From the NCBI GenBank assembly GCA_964512985.1, contig CAZELI010000002.1:11252-75251 (forward strand): a DNA stretch of 64,000 nt, read 5' to 3'. The notes under the pieces are model-generated. The model was not told the origin of the DNA. It made no database searches and saw only the letters and a list, made by a program, of their open reading frames with translations. The DNA comes from an uncultured Gammaproteobacteria bacterium (GTDB lineage Bacteria > Cyanobacteriota > Vampirovibrionia > LMEP-6097). A program made the position numbers and the translations under genes. Every line of letters starts with the position of its first letter. Position 1 is the first letter of the stretch. Shown piece by piece: positions 62,072 to 64,000 of the stretch.

Positions 62072-62563
62072 TTGAGTTTTTACACTAGAGCTGTAATGGG
62101 AATTAGCTTTAATTCTGCTTTTAATAATCAGGCTGGCCGCCAGGAAGCTGGTTTGATATTGAAAGGGGCAACCCAGAGACCACCGAGACCCAAGAATGAA
62201 AAATTTGATCCAATAGATGCAGACTATGTATCAGTTGCAGCTTCAATTGTTAACCCTGATGCAGATTCAAAAAATAAAAAACAACAACAAGCTTTTAATG
62301 ACAAACCACGTTTTGGAAATGATAAAAATATGTTCCAAGCAAGACAACAAATTTCAGGCTTTGACAGAAGCTTAGCTAATCGTAGTTCTACTCCAGTAGA
62401 AGCTTTGGAGCAAAAAGTTGATAGCTTACAACAACAAGTTTCATTAATGCAAGGTCAAATAGCTTCTTTAATCGGATCTAAATTGGGGAACCCTGAACAA
62501 CGGGGCTTGAAGCAAGCAATATCTGCAAATAATCAAGACGGAACGACTCTAGGAATGGCATAA
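62072..62563 (+). CDS. hypothetical Q/N-rich protein
   Basis: 163 aa ORF with a TTG start in the track (an internal ATG at 62096 is possible). It has a coiled-coil-like C-terminal half and no recognised domain. Confidence 0.35.
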   Translation: MSFYTRAVMGISFNSAFNNQAGRQEAGLILKGATQRPPRPKNEKFDPIDADYVSVAASIVNPDADSKNKKQQQAFNDKPRFGNDKNMFQARQQISGFDRSLANRSSTPVEALEQKVDSLQQQVSLMQGQIASLIGSKLGNPEQRGLKQAISANNQDGTTLGMA

Positions 62564-62590
62564 ACAGAGTCTTGCATTATAATGTAAGCT

Positions 62591-63757
62591 ATGCAAAAAG
62601 TTTCCTTAGTTGATTTCGCTGGTCTTGAAGGCTTACTTTCTCCTGAAGAAGTTTTGATAATGAATAGTACTCGTGACTTTGTGAATAAAGAAATTATTCC
62701 TATTATTGATGATTGTTTTTTAGAAGATAGGTTTCCATCAGAAATTATTCCTAAGCTTGGTGAGATGGGATTCTTGGGCGCGCCAATAGAGGGCTATGCT
62801 TGTCCTGGTATAGGCTATGTCTCTTATGGTTTGATCAATATGATGCTCGAGGCTGGTGACTCAGCAATGCGTTCTTTTAATTCTGTACAAACCTCGCTGG
62901 TAATGTTTCCTATCTCTCACTTCGGATCTGAAGAGCAGAAGAGTAAATGGCTACCAAAGCTTGCTCAAGGTACTGCCATAGGTTGCTTTGGTCTGACTGA
63001 GCCAGATCATGGTTCTAATCCTTCTGATATGGAAACTCGCGCTGTGAAGATTGCTGAGGGCTACAAGCTCAATGGTTCTAAGATGTGGATTACTAATGGT
63101 TCTGTAGCTGATATAGCTGTAGTCTGGGCTAAGCTTGATGGCAATATTCGTGGCTTTTTGGTAGAGAAGGACACTCCAGGATTTTCTACGCGCCTCATGA
63201 CTAGAAAGCTTTCGCTAAGAGCTTCTGTGACGTCTGAGTTGATCTTTAATGATTGTATTATTCCTGCTGGTAATATATTGGAAAAAACCGACGGACTTAA
63301 ATCCGCGTTCATGTGTCTTAATTCAGCGCGTCTTGGTATCGCTTGGGGTTCTATTGGGGCTGCTATGGTTTGCTATAAGACTGCGCTAGATTACTCTTTA
63401 ACCCGAGTACAGTTTAATAATCAGCCTATTGCCTCACATCAATTAATTCAAGAGAGTCTTGCTGAGATGATTACAGAAATCACTAAGGCTCAGTTCTTAA
63501 CTCTGCATATTACTAGATTAAAAGAGCAGGGTAAAATTAAACCCGAGCATGTCTCCATGCTTAAACGTAACAATGTACGTATGGCTCTTAATGTAGCTCG
63601 AAAATCAAGGGACATCCTGGGTGCCAATGGCATTTCCGCAGAATATCCCGTAATGAGACATATGTGTAACCTTGAGTCTGTGCTGACATATGAAGGTACT
63701 GAGAACATACACACTCTGGTAATTGGTAAGTCGCTCACGGGGATTTCAGCTTTCTGA
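62591..63757 (+). CDS. gcdH: acyl-CoA dehydrogenase of the glutaryl-CoA dehydrogenase type
   Basis: 388 aa with CFGLTEPDHGSNP and a C-terminal YEGTENIHTLVIGKSLTGISAF closely resembling GCDH. Confidence 0.85.
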   Translation: MQKVSLVDFAGLEGLLSPEEVLIMNSTRDFVNKEIIPIIDDCFLEDRFPSEIIPKLGEMGFLGAPIEGYACPGIGYVSYGLINMMLEAGDSAMRSFNSVQTSLVMFPISHFGSEEQKSKWLPKLAQGTAIGCFGLTEPDHGSNPSDMETRAVKIAEGYKLNGSKMWITNGSVADIAVVWAKLDGNIRGFLVEKDTPGFSTRLMTRKLSLRASVTSELIFNDCIIPAGNILEKTDGLKSAFMCLNSARLGIAWGSIGAAMVCYKTALDYSLTRVQFNNQPIASHQLIQESLAEMITEITKAQFLTLHITRLKEQGKIKPEHVSMLKRNNVRMALNVARKSRDILGANGISAEYPVMRHMCNLESVLTYEGTENIHTLVIGKSLTGISAF

Positions 63758-64000
63758 TTTTCCGTGTTTCCCTTCAGACGCCTCGAGATCAAGTTCAAAA
63801 CCACACCGGTCTCCCCCCTCAACTCATGCTTCTTAATATAATCTTTCCCCTAAAAGGACTAGTCTTAACGGTTTAGAGTAGGTGTTTTTATTATTTAAAA
63901 TTAATTCATTAACCTAGAGTTAACCTCGATACGAAAGTTTTACGAATTTTTTGTGATTCTCGCTCACTCCCTAATCCTCAAAGCTCTTCGAAGTCAAGCT

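Noticed and set aside
63758-63840. Relatively GC-rich non-coding stretch after the acyl-CoA dehydrogenase gene; checked for tRNA, tmRNA or repeat-element features
   Set aside because: I could not build a cloverleaf or tmRNA 5'/3' pairing, and there is no convincing similarity to either repeat family. The 110 aa minus-strand ORF 63490-63822 is mostly antisense to gcdH. It is left unannotated.

Overview
This is a 64 kb AT-rich chromosomal window from a diderm bacterium, shown by LpxB, BamA/Omp85, MlaE and a class A PBP. It is mostly housekeeping genes: argC, murI, trpE, secA, prfB (with the classic +1 frameshift), polA, purB, leuS, dnaA, tRNA-Cys and an SRP RNA. It also holds fragments of normally contiguous operons. 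These are the ATP synthase c/b-prime/b/delta genes with no a or alpha partner, a lone shortened epsilon, and nuoB/ndhK and nuoC/ndhJ split by an insert. Flagellar genes are scattered: fliE-fliF-(short FliG-N-like ORF)-fliH, plus flgH and fliA. The c-b'-b-delta order and the NdhK/NdhJ-like pair resemble the cyanobacterial lineage (non-photosynthetic relatives), but I cannot establish taxonomy without a search. The main unexplained structure is repeat DNA. (1) A palindromic element built from tandem octamers (TGAGTGTC)n...(GTCACTCA)n sits in-frame inside leuS three times and inside lpxB once. It always encodes a VTQ(S/A)PSHS(V/A)T-type peptide, and it also occurs between atpE and the b-prime gene. 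(2) A 100 bp GC-rich palindromic MITE-like element has 3 full copies and 1 partial copy, located where conserved operon neighbours are missing. (3) Two small islands are bracketed by direct repeats. A 49 bp perfect repeat duplicates the 3' end of the M16 peptidase gene, and a 25 bp repeat brackets a HigBA-like pair plus a candidate toxin/immunity pair. Other candidates are a VapBC insertion in the ndh cluster, a Fic gene behind four 23 bp phased repeats, a stand-alone MshEN-type domain, a PP2C-like protein, and a pair of paralogous small proteins of unknown function. All coordinates, repeat lengths and motif matches were read and counted by hand. No database search or folding was run.
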